A DNA stretch of 64,000 bases, taken from NCBI GenBank assembly GCA_043228905.1, contig JBHGNT010000013.1, positions 7,378,001-7,442,000 on the forward strand, read 5' to 3'. The translations under genes were made by a program, and so were the position numbers. Positions within the stretch are counted from its first letter, which is position 1. Each line of letters starts with the position of its first letter. Shown one piece after another: positions 12,392 through 24,981 of the stretch. Below the pieces are notes generated by a model, which saw nothing but the letters and a program-made list of their open reading frames with translations, had not been told where the DNA came from and searched no databases. The stretch comes from Azolla caroliniana (lineage: Eukaryota; Plantae; Polypodiophyta).

Positions 12392-15300
12392 TGTTGGGAT
12401 TACAGTCCCTTCGGTTTCGGAACCGGATGATGAAGACCCCGGCTTCGGAGCCGGATGACGAATGTACCCGGAGAGAGATCCGGATGCAGGGACATATCCG
12501 TGAATATGTTTGCTAAGGGCCCCTGAGGCTATAGTTGTAAATAGCCCCAAAGTCATATATGTATAAATATGACTTAGGGCAAACAGGTTTATTGTTGCTA
12601 CTCATTTTTCTGCTTTTCCACTCAAGAGGAGTGAAGAGAGAGAGCAGCCGTGAGAGAGAGAGAGATAGAGCGTGAGAGAGGAAGAGGTCGACGCCTCTGT
12701 GTATTTCCGCCGCCTGTGGCGAGGACAGCGAGCTCAAGGTCGTCGCCTTGCAGCTCGCCATTGTATACTTCTCTGTGTATAGTGTTGGTTTGGAGTCTTG
12801 CACTCCCGTGGTTTTTCCCGTACAGGGTTTTCCACGTTAATCTCTGTGTATTCGTGTCTTTCTCTGTGATTCCTATTTTCTGCTGCATTGATTCGCGCTT
12901 ACTCGGTTGTGGCCGAGTGGTGAAGGCTAATCGGAGCGTCGATTACTCAACAAACTGGTATCAGAGCGACTGCTGCAGAAAATGGAAGGCGGCGGCAGCG
13001 GGCAGCCGGGGATGATGGTGCTGAATGCGCAGAATTACGCCGACTGGAAGATCAAGATGGAGGATCTTCTGATTGTTCGGGACCTGTACGAACCGATTGA
13101 CAGGTCGGAAATACCGAAGGGGGTACTTGAGTCGGAATGGAGGCTTTTGAACCGGAAAGCCGTTGCAACCATTCGGCAATACGTCGACGTGAGCGTTCTA
13201 CAACATGTGGCGAACGACACCAACGCATATGAGATGTGGCGGAAGCTGTCGGGCCTCTATGAGAGGAAGAATGCGTTGAACCGGACCTCCCTGATGAGGA
13301 AGATAGTGAATCTCAAGTACCGGGACGGCGAGAGTATGGTGGAACACGTAAGCACGTTCATGGGATTCGTGAATCAGCTTGCGGCGATCAAGTTCCCGTT
13401 GGAGGATGCAATGCAAGCCATCATCCTGATGTGTACATTGCCGGAAAGCTGGGAGAACTTGGTGGTGACTCTCAGCACCTCCTGCACCGAAGATAACTTG
13501 TCCTTACAAACGGTAAAGACAAGTATTTTGAACGAAGAAGCGCGTCGGAGAGATAAAGAACCGGCCTCCGACTCGAAGGCGCTGCTTACCGAATCGGATC
13601 GGGGAAGACAATGGAACCGGAGTCCGCAAAGACGGGAGAAGTCGGGGACCCGGTCGCAGTCAAGAGGAAGGCCCACATGCTTCCACTGTGGGAAGCCGGG
13701 GCACTTCCGAAAGAATTGTCGGCATTACCGAAAAGACAACGGAGCCGACGACACCGATTCGAAGAAGTCACCGGAGAGAAACGGTGCATACCTGGGAGCC
13801 ACAGACCGGAGAGGTTCGGATCGGCGAGGGCAGGACCGGAAAGGAACGACGGCACTCGCGGCAAGTGAGGAAGAAATCATGCTCATCACCGAAGAAGGTG
13901 AACTAAACATTGCCGGCGATGAGACGACCTGGGTGGTCGATTCCGGAGCATCGTTCCACCTGACCCCAGAGAGAAGATACTTCTCATCCTACACAGCCGG
14001 TGAGCATGGCTGTGTTCGGATGGGAAATGAAGGTACGTGCCGGATTGCCGGCATAGGAGACGTGTGGTTGACAACCCCGACCGGATGCAAAATGCTGCTG
14101 AAGGATGTCCGACACGTTCCGGAGGTTCGATTGAACCTGATTTCGGCCGGGAGGCTAGACGATGAAGGCTACACAGGTAGCATCCGGAACGGCGTAATGA
14201 AGTTCAGCAAGGGGAGCCTGATAGTGGCTCGGGCCCGGAAAGACAACACACTGTACCTGATGAATGCCCGGTTATGTCCGGAAGAGCTGAATGTGGCAGC
14301 CGACACTGCCGGTGAGCTGTGGCACAAAAGACTGTGCCACATGAGTGAGAAGGGGATGAAGAGGCTTGCAGAAGACAACCTTATTCCAGTGAAGCATGTG
14401 CACCTGGAGAAGTGCACCGATTGCCTGGCCGGTAAGCAGAACCGAACCTCCTTCCACTCAAGGCCACCGACGAGACGTAGCGCACCATTGGAGTTGGTGC
14501 ACACTGATGTGTGTCAGGTAGAAACGAAGTCACATGGCGGAGCCCAGTACTTCGTAACATTCATTGATGATCACAGCCGGAAGCTGTGGACGGCACCGCT
14601 GAAGACAAAGGACCAAGTGTTGTGCGTCTTCAAAGAACTCCACGCGAGAGTGGAAAGGGAATCCGGCAAGAAGCTGAAAGCGATACGAGCGGATAACGGA
14701 GGGGAATACCGGGGGCAGTTCGCGGAGTACTGTCGCTCGAAGGGAATCCGGCTCGAGTTTACTGTGCCGAAAACGCCGGAACTGAACGGGCTGGCCGAGA
14801 GGATGAACCGGACCATAATGGAGAGGGTCCGGAGTATGCTGGCGCATGCGGAATTACCCAAGGGGTTTTGGGCTGAGGCGATGTCGACGGCGACATACGT
14901 GATAAACAGATCACCCTCAGTACCTTTGGACGGAGACACGCCGCAGAGAGTGTGGACCGGTAGGGAAGTATCCTACCGGCATCTGAAGGTGTTCGGGTGT
15001 CTCGCATACGTGCATGTGGCAAAGGACCGGAGAGGAAAGCTAGATCCAAAGACCCGGCCATGCATATTCCTCGGTTACGGCGATGACGAGTTCGGCTACC
15101 GAGTATGGGACCCGGTCGACAAGAAGATATTCCGGAGTCGTGATATCATCTTCATGGAGAACAAGACACTCGCCGACTGGGAGTCGGAGAAGAAGATGAA
15201 GAGCTCCAAGTCGACCGGTGAGGATCAACTCTACGAGGAGCAGTCCCGACCGGCAAGGGACTGGTTAGCACTCGAGGATCCGGCCGAAGACGATGAAGAA

Positions 15301-17674
15301 ACAGAACCGGCCGAGGAAGATGAAACTGATACCGGAACCGGCCCCGATCCCGAAATGGATTCGGATGAAGAAGAATCGGAAGAACCGGTTACCGAAGCTC
15401 CGGAACGGAGATATCCTCTAAGAGAGAGAAGGGCCCCCCGGAGATTTCCGGAACCAGAGCACGTGCTGCTAACTGACGAGGGGGAGCCGGAGAGCTTTGA
15501 AGAAGCAAAGCATGACACCCAGAGCCGCAGGTGGTTGAGTGCCATGCAGGACGAGATGGATTCCCTGCATGAGAACCACACATATGAACTTGTGGAGTTG
15601 CCGAAAGGTAAGCGGGCACTTCGAAACAAGTGGGTGTTCAAGCTGAAACCGGGAGATGCCGGAAACCCCCCGAGATACAAAGCCAGGATCGTGGTGAAGG
15701 GGTTTCAGCAGAAGAAGGGCGTCGACTTCGACGAGATATTTGCCCCGGTAGTGAAGATGACCTCCATCCGGACGGTGCTGAGCATAGCGGCAAGCATGGA
15801 CCTCGAGGTAGAACAGATGGACGTGAAGACAACATTCCTTCACGGTGACCTCGAAGAAGAGATCTACATGCAGCAACCGGAAGGATTCGAGAAGGAAGGG
15901 AAGGAGCACCTGGTGTGCCGGTTGAAGAAGAGCCTTTACGGACTGAAGCAGGCTCCCCGGCAATGGTACCGGAAGTTCGACTCCTTCATGACCGACGAAG
16001 GGTACCTCAAAACGCAGTCCGACCACTGCGTGTTTGTGAAGAAGTTCGAAGGAGGAGACTTTCTAATACTCCTCCTGTATGTGGACGACATGTTGATCGT
16101 CGGACGAGACCAGGTCAAGATACGGATGCTGAAGAAGGCTCTTCACCGAACCTTCTCAATGAAGGACCTGGGTCCGGCGAGGCAAATACTAGGGATGCAC
16201 ATCATCCGGGACCGGAAGAAGAAGCAGTTGTGGCTGTCACAGGAGAAGTACGTGACGAAGGTGCTTCACCGGTTCAACATGTCGGAAGCAAGACCGGTCG
16301 GATCGACCCTCCCGGCAAACTGCAAGCTGTCCAGCAAGCAAAGCCCCAAGACAAAGGCTGAGAAGGAGGACATGATGAAAGTACCATATGCCTCTGCCGT
16401 CGGGAGCTTGATGTACGCGATGGTGTGTACCCGACCGGACATAGGATATGCAGTTGGAGTGGTGAGTCGGTACATGAGCAATCCCGGCAAAGAGCATTGC
16501 AACACGGCCAAGTGGATACTCCGATACCTGAAGGGCACGGCAGACGTGTGCCTCCGATTCGGCTCCGGTAAGCCCGAACTCGACGGCTTCACCGATTCGG
16601 ATATGTCGGCTGATGCAGATACCAGCCGGTCCACATCAGGGTATGTGATGACGTATGCAGGGGGAGCTGTTTCATGGCAGTCGAGGCTGCAGAAGACAGT
16701 TGCGTTGTCAACCACGGAGGCGGAGTACATGGCGGCTGTTGAAGCCGGCAAGGAAGTAATATGGATGAAGGACTTCATTAGAGAGCTCGGGATTCGGCAG
16801 GAGGAGTACCGACTCTACTGCGATAGTCAGAGTGCAATCCACCTTGCGAAGAACGCGGCCTATCACTCCCGGACGAAGCACATCCAGCGAAGATATCACT
16901 GGATCCGGGAAAGGATAGAAGACAAGGAGTTCGTGCTGACAAAGATCCACACGGACGAGAACGGGTCGGATATGCTGACCAAGGTGCTCACACCCGACAA
17001 GCTGGAAGCATGCCGAAAGAGGATCGGATTGGAAAGACATCCCATGCCGAAGTGAAGGGGGAGTTTGTTGGGATTACGGTCCCTTCGGATGGGATGGTCG
17101 GATGTCGGAGATGAATGCCGACGAGCCCGGTTTCGGTTTCGGAACCGGATGATGAAGACCCCGGCTTCGGAGCCGGATGACGAATGTACCTGGAGAGAGA
17201 TCCGGATGCAGGGACATATCCGTGAATATGTTTGCTAAGGGCCCCTGAGGCTATAGTTGTAAATAGCCCCAAAGTCATATATGTATAAATATGACTTAGG
17301 GCAAACAGGTTTATTGTTGCTACTCATTTTTCTGCTTTTCCACTCAAGAGGAGTGAAGAGAGAGAGCAGCCGTGAGAGAGAGAGAGATAGAGCGTGAGAG
17401 AGGAAGAGGTCGACGCCTCTGTGTATTTCCGCCGCCTGTGGCGAGGACAGCGAGCTCAAGGTCGTCGCCTTGCAGCTCGCCATTGTATACTTCTCTGTGT
17501 ATAGTGTTGGTTTGGAGTCTTGCACTCCCGTGGTTTTTCCCGTACAGGGTTTTCCACGTTAATCTCTGTGTATTCGTGTCTTTCTCTGTGATTCCTATTT
17601 TCTGCTGCATTGATTCGCGCTTACTCGGTTGTGGCCGAGTGGTGAAGGCTAATCGGAGCGTCGATTACTCAACA
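12392..17674 (+). mobile_element. Full-length young Ty1/Copia element C1
   Basis: LTRs 12392-12952 and 17066-17674 differ by 2 visible substitutions and a 48-bp indel. Perfect TSD TGCGC, tRNA-iMet PBS 12956-12967, PPT GAAGGGGGAG. Confidence 0.98.
12982..17055 (+). CDS. Copia Gag-Pol polyprotein (Gag, CCHC, protease, integrase, RT, RNase H), 1357 aa, uninterrupted
   Basis: CFHCGKPGHFRKNC; WVVDSGAS; LWHKRLCH..C..C; integrase VHTD, ADNG and LAER; RT YVDD; RNase H FTDSD, TEAEY and CDSQSA. Confidence 0.97.
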   Translation: MEGGGSGQPGMMVLNAQNYADWKIKMEDLLIVRDLYEPIDRSEIPKGVLESEWRLLNRKAVATIRQYVDVSVLQHVANDTNAYEMWRKLSGLYERKNALNRTSLMRKIVNLKYRDGESMVEHVSTFMGFVNQLAAIKFPLEDAMQAIILMCTLPESWENLVVTLSTSCTEDNLSLQTVKTSILNEEARRRDKEPASDSKALLTESDRGRQWNRSPQRREKSGTRSQSRGRPTCFHCGKPGHFRKNCRHYRKDNGADDTDSKKSPERNGAYLGATDRRGSDRRGQDRKGTTALAASEEEIMLITEEGELNIAGDETTWVVDSGASFHLTPERRYFSSYTAGEHGCVRMGNEGTCRIAGIGDVWLTTPTGCKMLLKDVRHVPEVRLNLISAGRLDDEGYTGSIRNGVMKFSKGSLIVARARKDNTLYLMNARLCPEELNVAADTAGELWHKRLCHMSEKGMKRLAEDNLIPVKHVHLEKCTDCLAGKQNRTSFHSRPPTRRSAPLELVHTDVCQVETKSHGGAQYFVTFIDDHSRKLWTAPLKTKDQVLCVFKELHARVERESGKKLKAIRADNGGEYRGQFAEYCRSKGIRLEFTVPKTPELNGLAERMNRTIMERVRSMLAHAELPKGFWAEAMSTATYVINRSPSVPLDGDTPQRVWTGREVSYRHLKVFGCLAYVHVAKDRRGKLDPKTRPCIFLGYGDDEFGYRVWDPVDKKIFRSRDIIFMENKTLADWESEKKMKSSKSTGEDQLYEEQSRPARDWLALEDPAEDDEETEPAEEDETDTGTGPDPEMDSDEEESEEPVTEAPERRYPLRERRAPRRFPEPEHVLLTDEGEPESFEEAKHDTQSRRWLSAMQDEMDSLHENHTYELVELPKGKRALRNKWVFKLKPGDAGNPPRYKARIVVKGFQQKKGVDFDEIFAPVVKMTSIRTVLSIAASMDLEVEQMDVKTTFLHGDLEEEIYMQQPEGFEKEGKEHLVCRLKKSLYGLKQAPRQWYRKFDSFMTDEGYLKTQSDHCVFVKKFEGGDFLILLLYVDDMLIVGRDQVKIRMLKKALHRTFSMKDLGPARQILGMHIIRDRKKKQLWLSQEKYVTKVLHRFNMSEARPVGSTLPANCKLSSKQSPKTKAEKEDMMKVPYASAVGSLMYAMVCTRPDIGYAVGVVSRYMSNPGKEHCNTAKWILRYLKGTADVCLRFGSGKPELDGFTDSDMSADADTSRSTSGYVMTYAGGAVSWQSRLQKTVALSTTEAEYMAAVEAGKEVIWMKDFIRELGIRQEEYRLYCDSQSAIHLAKNAAYHSRTKHIQRRYHWIRERIEDKEFVLTKIHTDENGSDMLTKVLTPDKLEACRKRIGLERHPMPK

Positions 17675-19090
17675 TGCGCAAGGGCAAAGGACGAGCCGTA
17701 AATATGATTACGACGGAAGTTCAATAGGTCACGACACGGCAACAAACAAAGAATGCTGACTGGGCTGCACAAGATGAGGTATGCAAAGAGGCCCAAGCAT
17801 GGGTAGAAAAAGAAAATGCGGCAAATACGACGCGTATGCGGTAGGAGTCCGCAACCAATCTTGGGCCGATAGAAGAAAACATAATATCCCCGGATCCCAT
17901 ATGGCAAGCACTGGCAGGTTGCGAAATAACCATGACTATGGAAAAACTCCTTCAACTAGTTCCATGACTTTGGCAGGCCATAGAAGATCACATAACAGGC
18001 AGGCCTAGTATAAACGTCTCAGCAAATTTTGCTGAAACTAGCGCCGAACGCATAGTGGTTGATCACCACAATCTAGCCATTAAGCTAGTACTACACGGGC
18101 AGGAAATAACAAGCTGTATAACCGACGGGGGCTTGGGCGTTAATTTGATTAGTGCAAAGACGTGTGAACAGTTAGGAATTTTGGAATGGGAAGCTTGCCC
18201 CTTTTGGCTTCGTATGGCGGATACCCGATCTGTCAGGCCCTTAGGGTTAATCTGGAAACTATGCATCGTCATTAGTGGTCAACGCTTTAACATCTCGGTG
18301 GTAGTACTCACACTCGACCTTACTACTTGGCAGACCTTGGCTTCGTTCGGCTAACATCAAACAGAGTTGGCAACATAATTGTATCAGTTTCCGACGAGGA
18401 CGCCACAAAGTTCGCGTACCCACAAAAGAAATGACGGCACAACCCAAAGGAATGACACCATTGTATGCGGAACACATAAATATGCTGGAAGGAGTGGATG
18501 ATACAGAGCTGGAAGCATACCTAGATGAGCACTCACGAATCATCCCGCTATTCGAAATTGACGTAATAGAAACTGCGGCGGTGTACACTACTCCCACTAC
18601 ACTTCATGAAGAGGCTTATGAACTAGACCCGGAGTCGATAATGGAATTAAACTAAGCATGGGCCGCCTTCGAGAAAGAAATGGAAATTTCACGACGAGTC
18701 ACTACCTCAGCGCTGGAAGAAGTTAACGACAGCGGATCCCCGATTACTCTCCATCGCAAAAGACTTACTACCAGATCATAAAGTGGCGACGTTAACTCTG
18801 CTCAAGGAATATAAACATGTGTTCGCGTGGTCCCATGAAGACATGAAAGGATTAGATCCAAAATTCTACCAGCATACGATCAATTTAGCTACCGACGCGA
18901 AACCTGTTCACCAGCGTCGATACCGAATGAACCCGAATTACGCGGCTCGTATAAAAGAAGGAATTGACAAAATCCTCAAGGCTGGCTTCATTCGACCAGT
19001 CAAGCAAGCTACATGGCTGAGCCCGATAGTCGTAGTCCCGAAGAAAAATGGAAAAATCCGCGTTTGCGTAGACTATCGGAAATTGAACGC

Positions 19091-22000
19091 TGTCGTGTTG
19101 TTCCACTTTCGCGTAGGAAATAAGGCGGGACCGCGGGGGCCCTTAACCGAGGATCAAGAGAGAGAAGAAGGCAGAGCAAGGCAAGAGTGCAAGCGTAGGG
19201 CTGGTTAGGCCCGTTTGCAACTGATAGTGCTTGCCGATTGAATGAACCACTAATTCGTATTTGAACAAGATACACACTCACGTAAAAGAGAGACTCACAA
19301 AAACATAGAGAGAGGGAAACAAGAGTAAAGGTTACAGTGTTCACAAGATTATAGCCGGATAGCTGGCAACAAACCCAACCCAGATAATCACACACCTACA
19401 CACAGTAGAGCCTTTGCCAGGAGGCACATGGGATTTCCTCGAAGCAGAGGCAACTAACTCAAAAAACCTGCAGAAAACAACGATAGAGGAGGAGAGAGCT
19501 CGGTTCCCAATCCAACAACACCTCGTCCTCGCCAAAACGCGATAGTGTTTTAGCTGTCTGCCCTTCTCTTTTATAGGCCATCGAGGAAGGACCGTTACAT
19601 CCGGGTCACATCACTTTTACTCTCTGTCCCTTCGAACAGAGTTCCTCTTCGATTTACTAGCCTATTAATATATTATCCCTAGGATATACAGATCACGCCG
19701 GCCTATTCCTAGTTTTGTATAGTGTGTTGCTTTGAGTGCACACACGTAAGTGGTTTTTCACACACTGAATTCCATGATTCCACCTAAGGCCAGTTTTCTC
19801 GACGACATCAACCCCCACCAAACCACGCATCCTCCGGTATGCGCCAGAGAGGGACAAGTGCTAGAGAAACTTGGCTCGTATTCACCCATCGAGCTCTGCA
19901 AGGTGGTAAGTACCGTTGTCGTTTGCGCTCATTACGGTGTAGGGCCCGAACCACCTCCTCGCAAACTTCTGCATCGCCTTGTGCTGATTGTTGAGGTTGT
20001 TGTCATAAACTAGCACCCAGTCGCCATCCTCGATCTTCTTCTGTCGTAGCCGGTGTGTTCGGTCGAACCGGCCCTTGTTCCTCGCCCTCGCCGCGTGCAA
20101 CTTCGCCTTAGCCCGTTCCACATCCTCCGGTCTTTGCCTAAGTTGTCGAATCTGCGTTGCCAACAGCTCCTCCCAGCTCATCTCCTCCTTCCAATCCACC
20201 GTGGCCCAGGAAGAAATCGTCCGCTCCACCGACATGATCGGCTTCTGCATGTACATAAGCTCTGCCGGCATGAACCCGATTACCGAACTGTGCGTACTTC
20301 GGTCCGCCCATAGTGTGTAAGGTAGGAGCTACGGCCAACTCCCAACTTGACCTTCACACGTGCATACTAATGCCTTCACGATCGGCCCGTGCCCGTGCTC
20401 TACCTTCCCGTTAGCGTCTTGGTTGTATGCCGTAGTGAGGGAGAGGTTAACCCCTAATCGGTCTAACAACTCTTCGGCTTCCTACGCATCCAACTCTCCC
20501 CGATCAACTACTATCTTTCCTATGCACCCATACCCGCATACCACCTCTTCCATCAAGAACCGACACACGGCCGCGATCGTCTTGTTCTGTAGGGCGCGAC
20601 CCTCCACTTGACTCGACAAGTCCTCCCGTGCAAGCACCAGGTACCGCATTTTCCCTACCCCCATCGGCATCGTCACTAAGTCTACCATCCACTTGAAATG
20701 AACGGTCAGCGGGTAGATTGGGTGCAGCTCGTCTCAATGTCGGATTGTGGAGTGCATCTGGTAGTTTTCACATGTTGTTACGAATCGGTGCACGTCCCGG
20801 TACAGCCCCGGTCACCAACACTTCTCCTTCAGCTTCTCAAACGTCCCCCATGTGCCGTGTGATGTCCGGCCCAAGGATTCTCGTGGTATGCTGCTAGCAA
20901 CCCCTCTCACTTTGCCTTTCCAGCCATTACGCAGAGTGGGACACCACCTCGCTTCTTCGGGTGCCTCCATATGCTCTCGTCCTGCAGGAAGAAATGGTAC
21001 GCCTTCTTCCGCAGCCGGTTAGCCTCTTCCCTTGTACATGTCGCGTCCGATGCCATTGTTTTCAGGAACCTGCCGATCTGGAGCCACTCCCTGTCGTACT
21101 CCGCCTCGTTGAACTTGTTAAGCGCCAGACTGCTCCCCTCCCTTGCCGTCACGTACGTTGACTCGAAGAAGTCTACGCGGACTTCTTCGTCCTCCGAAAC
21201 CATGTCATCCTCGTCGTCAAACCGTGCTCTAGAAAGCATGGCGGCCATGGCGTTGTCTTTACCGGAGATGTGCCATATCTCCGTGTTCAGAGACTTAATG
21301 TACGTGATCCACCTGAGCATTGCCAGGTTTGGCATCGCGCATCCGGAAACCATACCAAGGATCGGTAGGCAGTCAGTCTCAATTATCACCTCCGTCCCGA
21401 TCAAGTAGTCTTTATCGGCCTTGACTGCTGAAACGATAACCCAGAGTTTGTGTTTAACTTGGGCGTATCCTCGCCATCGCTCACTCAGCACCTTCACTCC
21501 GAACCAGATGGGGATCCGCGTGTCGATTTCATCCTCCTAGTTGACCACCCATCCTATCCTGGTCGGGCTCGTGTCTACCGTAATGTAAATTGGGATGTCC
21601 TTGCCGTAAACTACTTTCCGGAGTGCTAGTGCCGCGGTCAATGCCTCCTTCAGTTTTCGAACCGACTCTTCCTGTTCGTCGCCCCACTCATGCCACTTGT
21701 CAAAACGGTTGCAAACTCTTTTGACTGTGGCCTAGTCAGTCGTCAACCCATCATCTATCTCCAGTAGGAGACCCACTTGATCCCGATCCCGCACGTCCAC
21801 CACTTTGACGAACAATAGGACACGGCTCGTGTCTAGCACGGTCCTGTCCAATGCCAAGAGTCATGTGAAGCGTTCTTCAAACTCCTAGAGGAGCGCTGAC
21901 GTGTTCCTCCCCTTTCCGGGGATCTCCACCTACTCCATGAAGTCCCGCTTCGATAACCGAAGCGCGTCATCAAGCCCGTACCTTTCGAGGAGGCTTGCTT

Positions 22001-23073
22001 CGAATTCTCCCCAGGTCCGGCATCCAGCCTGTACCTCGAGCACCTCTGCGTGGATGCCCGGTGTCGCCACCTGAGGGAACCCGGCCAGATGCCTATCCTC
22101 CGGAATGTCCCTCATCATCATCTCGGCTCAGTAGGACTCCAAATAGCTCGTGGCGTCCTTCCCACCTAACCGGCCTATTGTGCCAACATTTGCTTCAATG
22201 GCCCTGTCGAGGGTGCCCGTGCCCTCGCGAGCACTTACTATCCGATCGACTGCTACCGCCATGGCTTCGGTGAGTTCTGATCCCCTCATCTTCAACTCCT
22301 TTGCCGCCTTGTTTCATGTCGGGTTCACCAAATAATGTTGTGTTGTTCCGTTTTCGCGTAGGAAATAAGGTGGGACCGCGGGGGCCCTTAACCGAGGAGC
22401 AAGAGAGAGAAGAAGACGGAGCAGGAGAAGAGTGCAAGCATAGGGCCGGTTAGGCCCGTTTGGAACTGACAGTGCTTGCCAGCTGAATGAACCACTAATG
22501 CGTATTTGAACAAGATGCACAGTCGCGTAAAAGAGAGACTCACAGAAACACAGAGAGAGGGAAACAAGAGATTTCGATTCCAATAACAGTAAAGGTTATA
22601 GTGTTCGCAAGATTACAGCCGGATAGTCAGCGACAGACCCAACCCAGAAAATCACACACCCACGCACACACAGTAGAGCCTTTTCTGGGAGGCACACATG
22701 CTTTCCTCGAAGCAGAGGCAACCAACTCAGAAAACTTGCAGAAAACAACGATAGAGGAGGAGAGAGCTCGGTTTCCAATCCGACATCACCTCGTCCTCGG
22801 CAATATGTGATAGTGTTTCAGCCGTCTCCCCTTCATTTTATAGGCCGTCGAGGAAGGACCGTTACATCCGGGTCATATCACTTTTACTCTCTGTCCTTTC
22901 GGACAGAGTTCCGCTTCAATTTACTAGCCTATTAATATATTCTCCCTAGGATATACACATCACGCCGACCTATTCCTAGTTATGTACAATGTGTTGGTTT
23001 GAGTGCACACACGTAAGTGCCATTTCACACGCCGAATTCCATGATTCCACCTATGGACGGTTTCTCCACGACA
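19091..23073 (-). mobile_element. Internally deleted (non-autonomous) Gypsy B1
   Basis: 3' LTR 19091-19807, 5' LTR 22336-23073, PBS TGGTGAACCCGACATGAA ending near 22313, 4-bp TSD ACGC/ACGT. Gag is fused to RH-INT near 21686; PR and RT are absent. Confidence 0.92.
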
Positions 23074-24233
23074 ACGTCGTAACTATTACAAATGTGTTTC
23101 CCTTACCTTTCACCGACAACGTACTGGACGTAGTCATAGGGCATGACATGTACAATTTTCTAGACGGCTTTAGTGGATACAATCAAGTACGCATACATCC
23201 TGACGACCAAGAGAAGACGACGTTTGTCACCGACTAGGGAGTTTATGTTGCGGTAGTCATGATGTTCGGGTTAAAGATGGTGCCCGCTATATTCTAACGG
23301 ACAATTACGGAAATTTTTGGGAGTTACATGTCCGCCTTCATGCAAGTCTTTCTGGACGATTTTGCGGTGGATGGGACAATAGCCGACCATCTGAGTCATT
23401 TATGATTGTGTTTGGAGCGCTGCCAAGCTGCACGCTTAAGCCTGAATCCAGCCAAATGCGCGTTCGACGTCACAAGCGGAGCCCTCCTCGGCCACATCGT
23501 CAGCAAGGAGGGGATAGCGGTGGATCCTAATAAAATTTCCGAGATCATTTAAGCAAAAATGCCGACAACGGCCAAAGTAGTCAACCGTTTTCTAAGACAA
23601 ATACACTGACATTATTAGTCGTATGTTACGATATTTGGCGGATTTCGCCATGCCGTTACATGCCGCCATCCACCGTACACCTTTCAATTGGATGGAAACT
23701 GAAGAAAATCGTATGATGCACATAAAATAATGTTGACTCAAGCACTAGTCGTACAACCGGCAGATTGGGGGAAACCATTTCATGTTTTTGTAGATGCCTC
23801 AGACATAGCAATAGGTAGTGCGTTGATGCAGCTCAGGGAGCCGAATTGGTACAGACCAGTGTATTACGCCAATAGGAAGCTATTAAAGGCAGAGCGTAAA
23901 GGCACCTTGGTCGGAGAAGTGTTAGGACAAAAGGTGAATGGGTTTTGACTAAAACCCTACCTGGGACCGGTGCCACCAAACTCGTTCCACACCGTAAACG
24001 ACATGGCCGAAGAATTCACAGATTAATTAAAGGGACCCACCTGTATTATAGTGTAACAGTAATATTGTATTTAACCGTTAGGAAAAAAAAGAAAAAAGAG
24101 AGAGAAGATAGTGACGCTATTAAAAGGACTTGATGCATGCACAAACTTCTAGAGCAAGAACACACAACACCACAATGGCACACGGGTCAATGAAACCTAG
24201 GCCACAAAAAGAGGAAAGCAGAAGGTTTTTTGC

Positions 24234-24677
24234 ATGAAACATTTCGACATCCCTCCTGCGGAAACCTTGCAGAGATATTTCGGGGCATATTCGGTGTCCG
24301 CCAAAGCATACAGGACGAAGGAAATCCCTGACCCCTTCTTTCGAGAAATAGCCAAGTTCTTGTTGGAGGTAGGATGCGTGCACGTAATTGGCTATGGGAT
24401 GCCAAAGCAGAAGGCAGGCATCATCATTGATACCTTTGAAGGGTGCACGGTCAATTGGGGGGTAATTACGGGACCAGCTTTACAGGAAGGCATGCACGCG
24501 TATCAGGACGGAAAAAAGCTAAGGTCAATCATACAACAGTATCTGACGATAGTATTTCCACCCCGAGGTCTGCCTGCACCACAGCCTGGTAAACCCACGC
24601 CACCGCCACGTTTCACGAAACGGCGGTTAGTAGAGTTGGCTACCACGGAATGGGAAGATGAACCACAATCTTCCTAG
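24234..24677 (+). pseudogene. N-terminal domain of the D extra 3' ORF
   Basis: YFGAYSVSAKAYRT and G.TVNW align with E YFGEYSISSKAYRT and GLQVDW. Confidence 0.75.
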
Positions 24678-24981
24678 CCCAGCACGCGAACAACACATGA
24701 AGAACGGTCGGCAAGTAGGGAGGAAGCACCATAGGAGTAGGAAGCCGAGCAATGCCAAGAAAGCCTGAGGCCGAAACGGCATAGGTTGGAGAAGAAAGAT
24801 GTGTGCGGACAGGTCAAAGTCACAACCGCGGACACAGACACCACCGCCTTGGTCGACAGTTCCGCAGCTACGGAGCCCAACACCACTTTAGAAATAATCC
24901 GGGAACAACCTGTTGGGAGACAGGTCCCTCCGGATGGGAAGGGAGAAGAACAGTGTCGACGAACAATCTCGGCCGAGGCCG

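Noticed and set aside
13035-17040. Numerous antisense and alternate-frame ORFs over C1 and other pol regions
   Set aside because: They are shadow ORFs of GC-rich coding sequence with no independent motifs.
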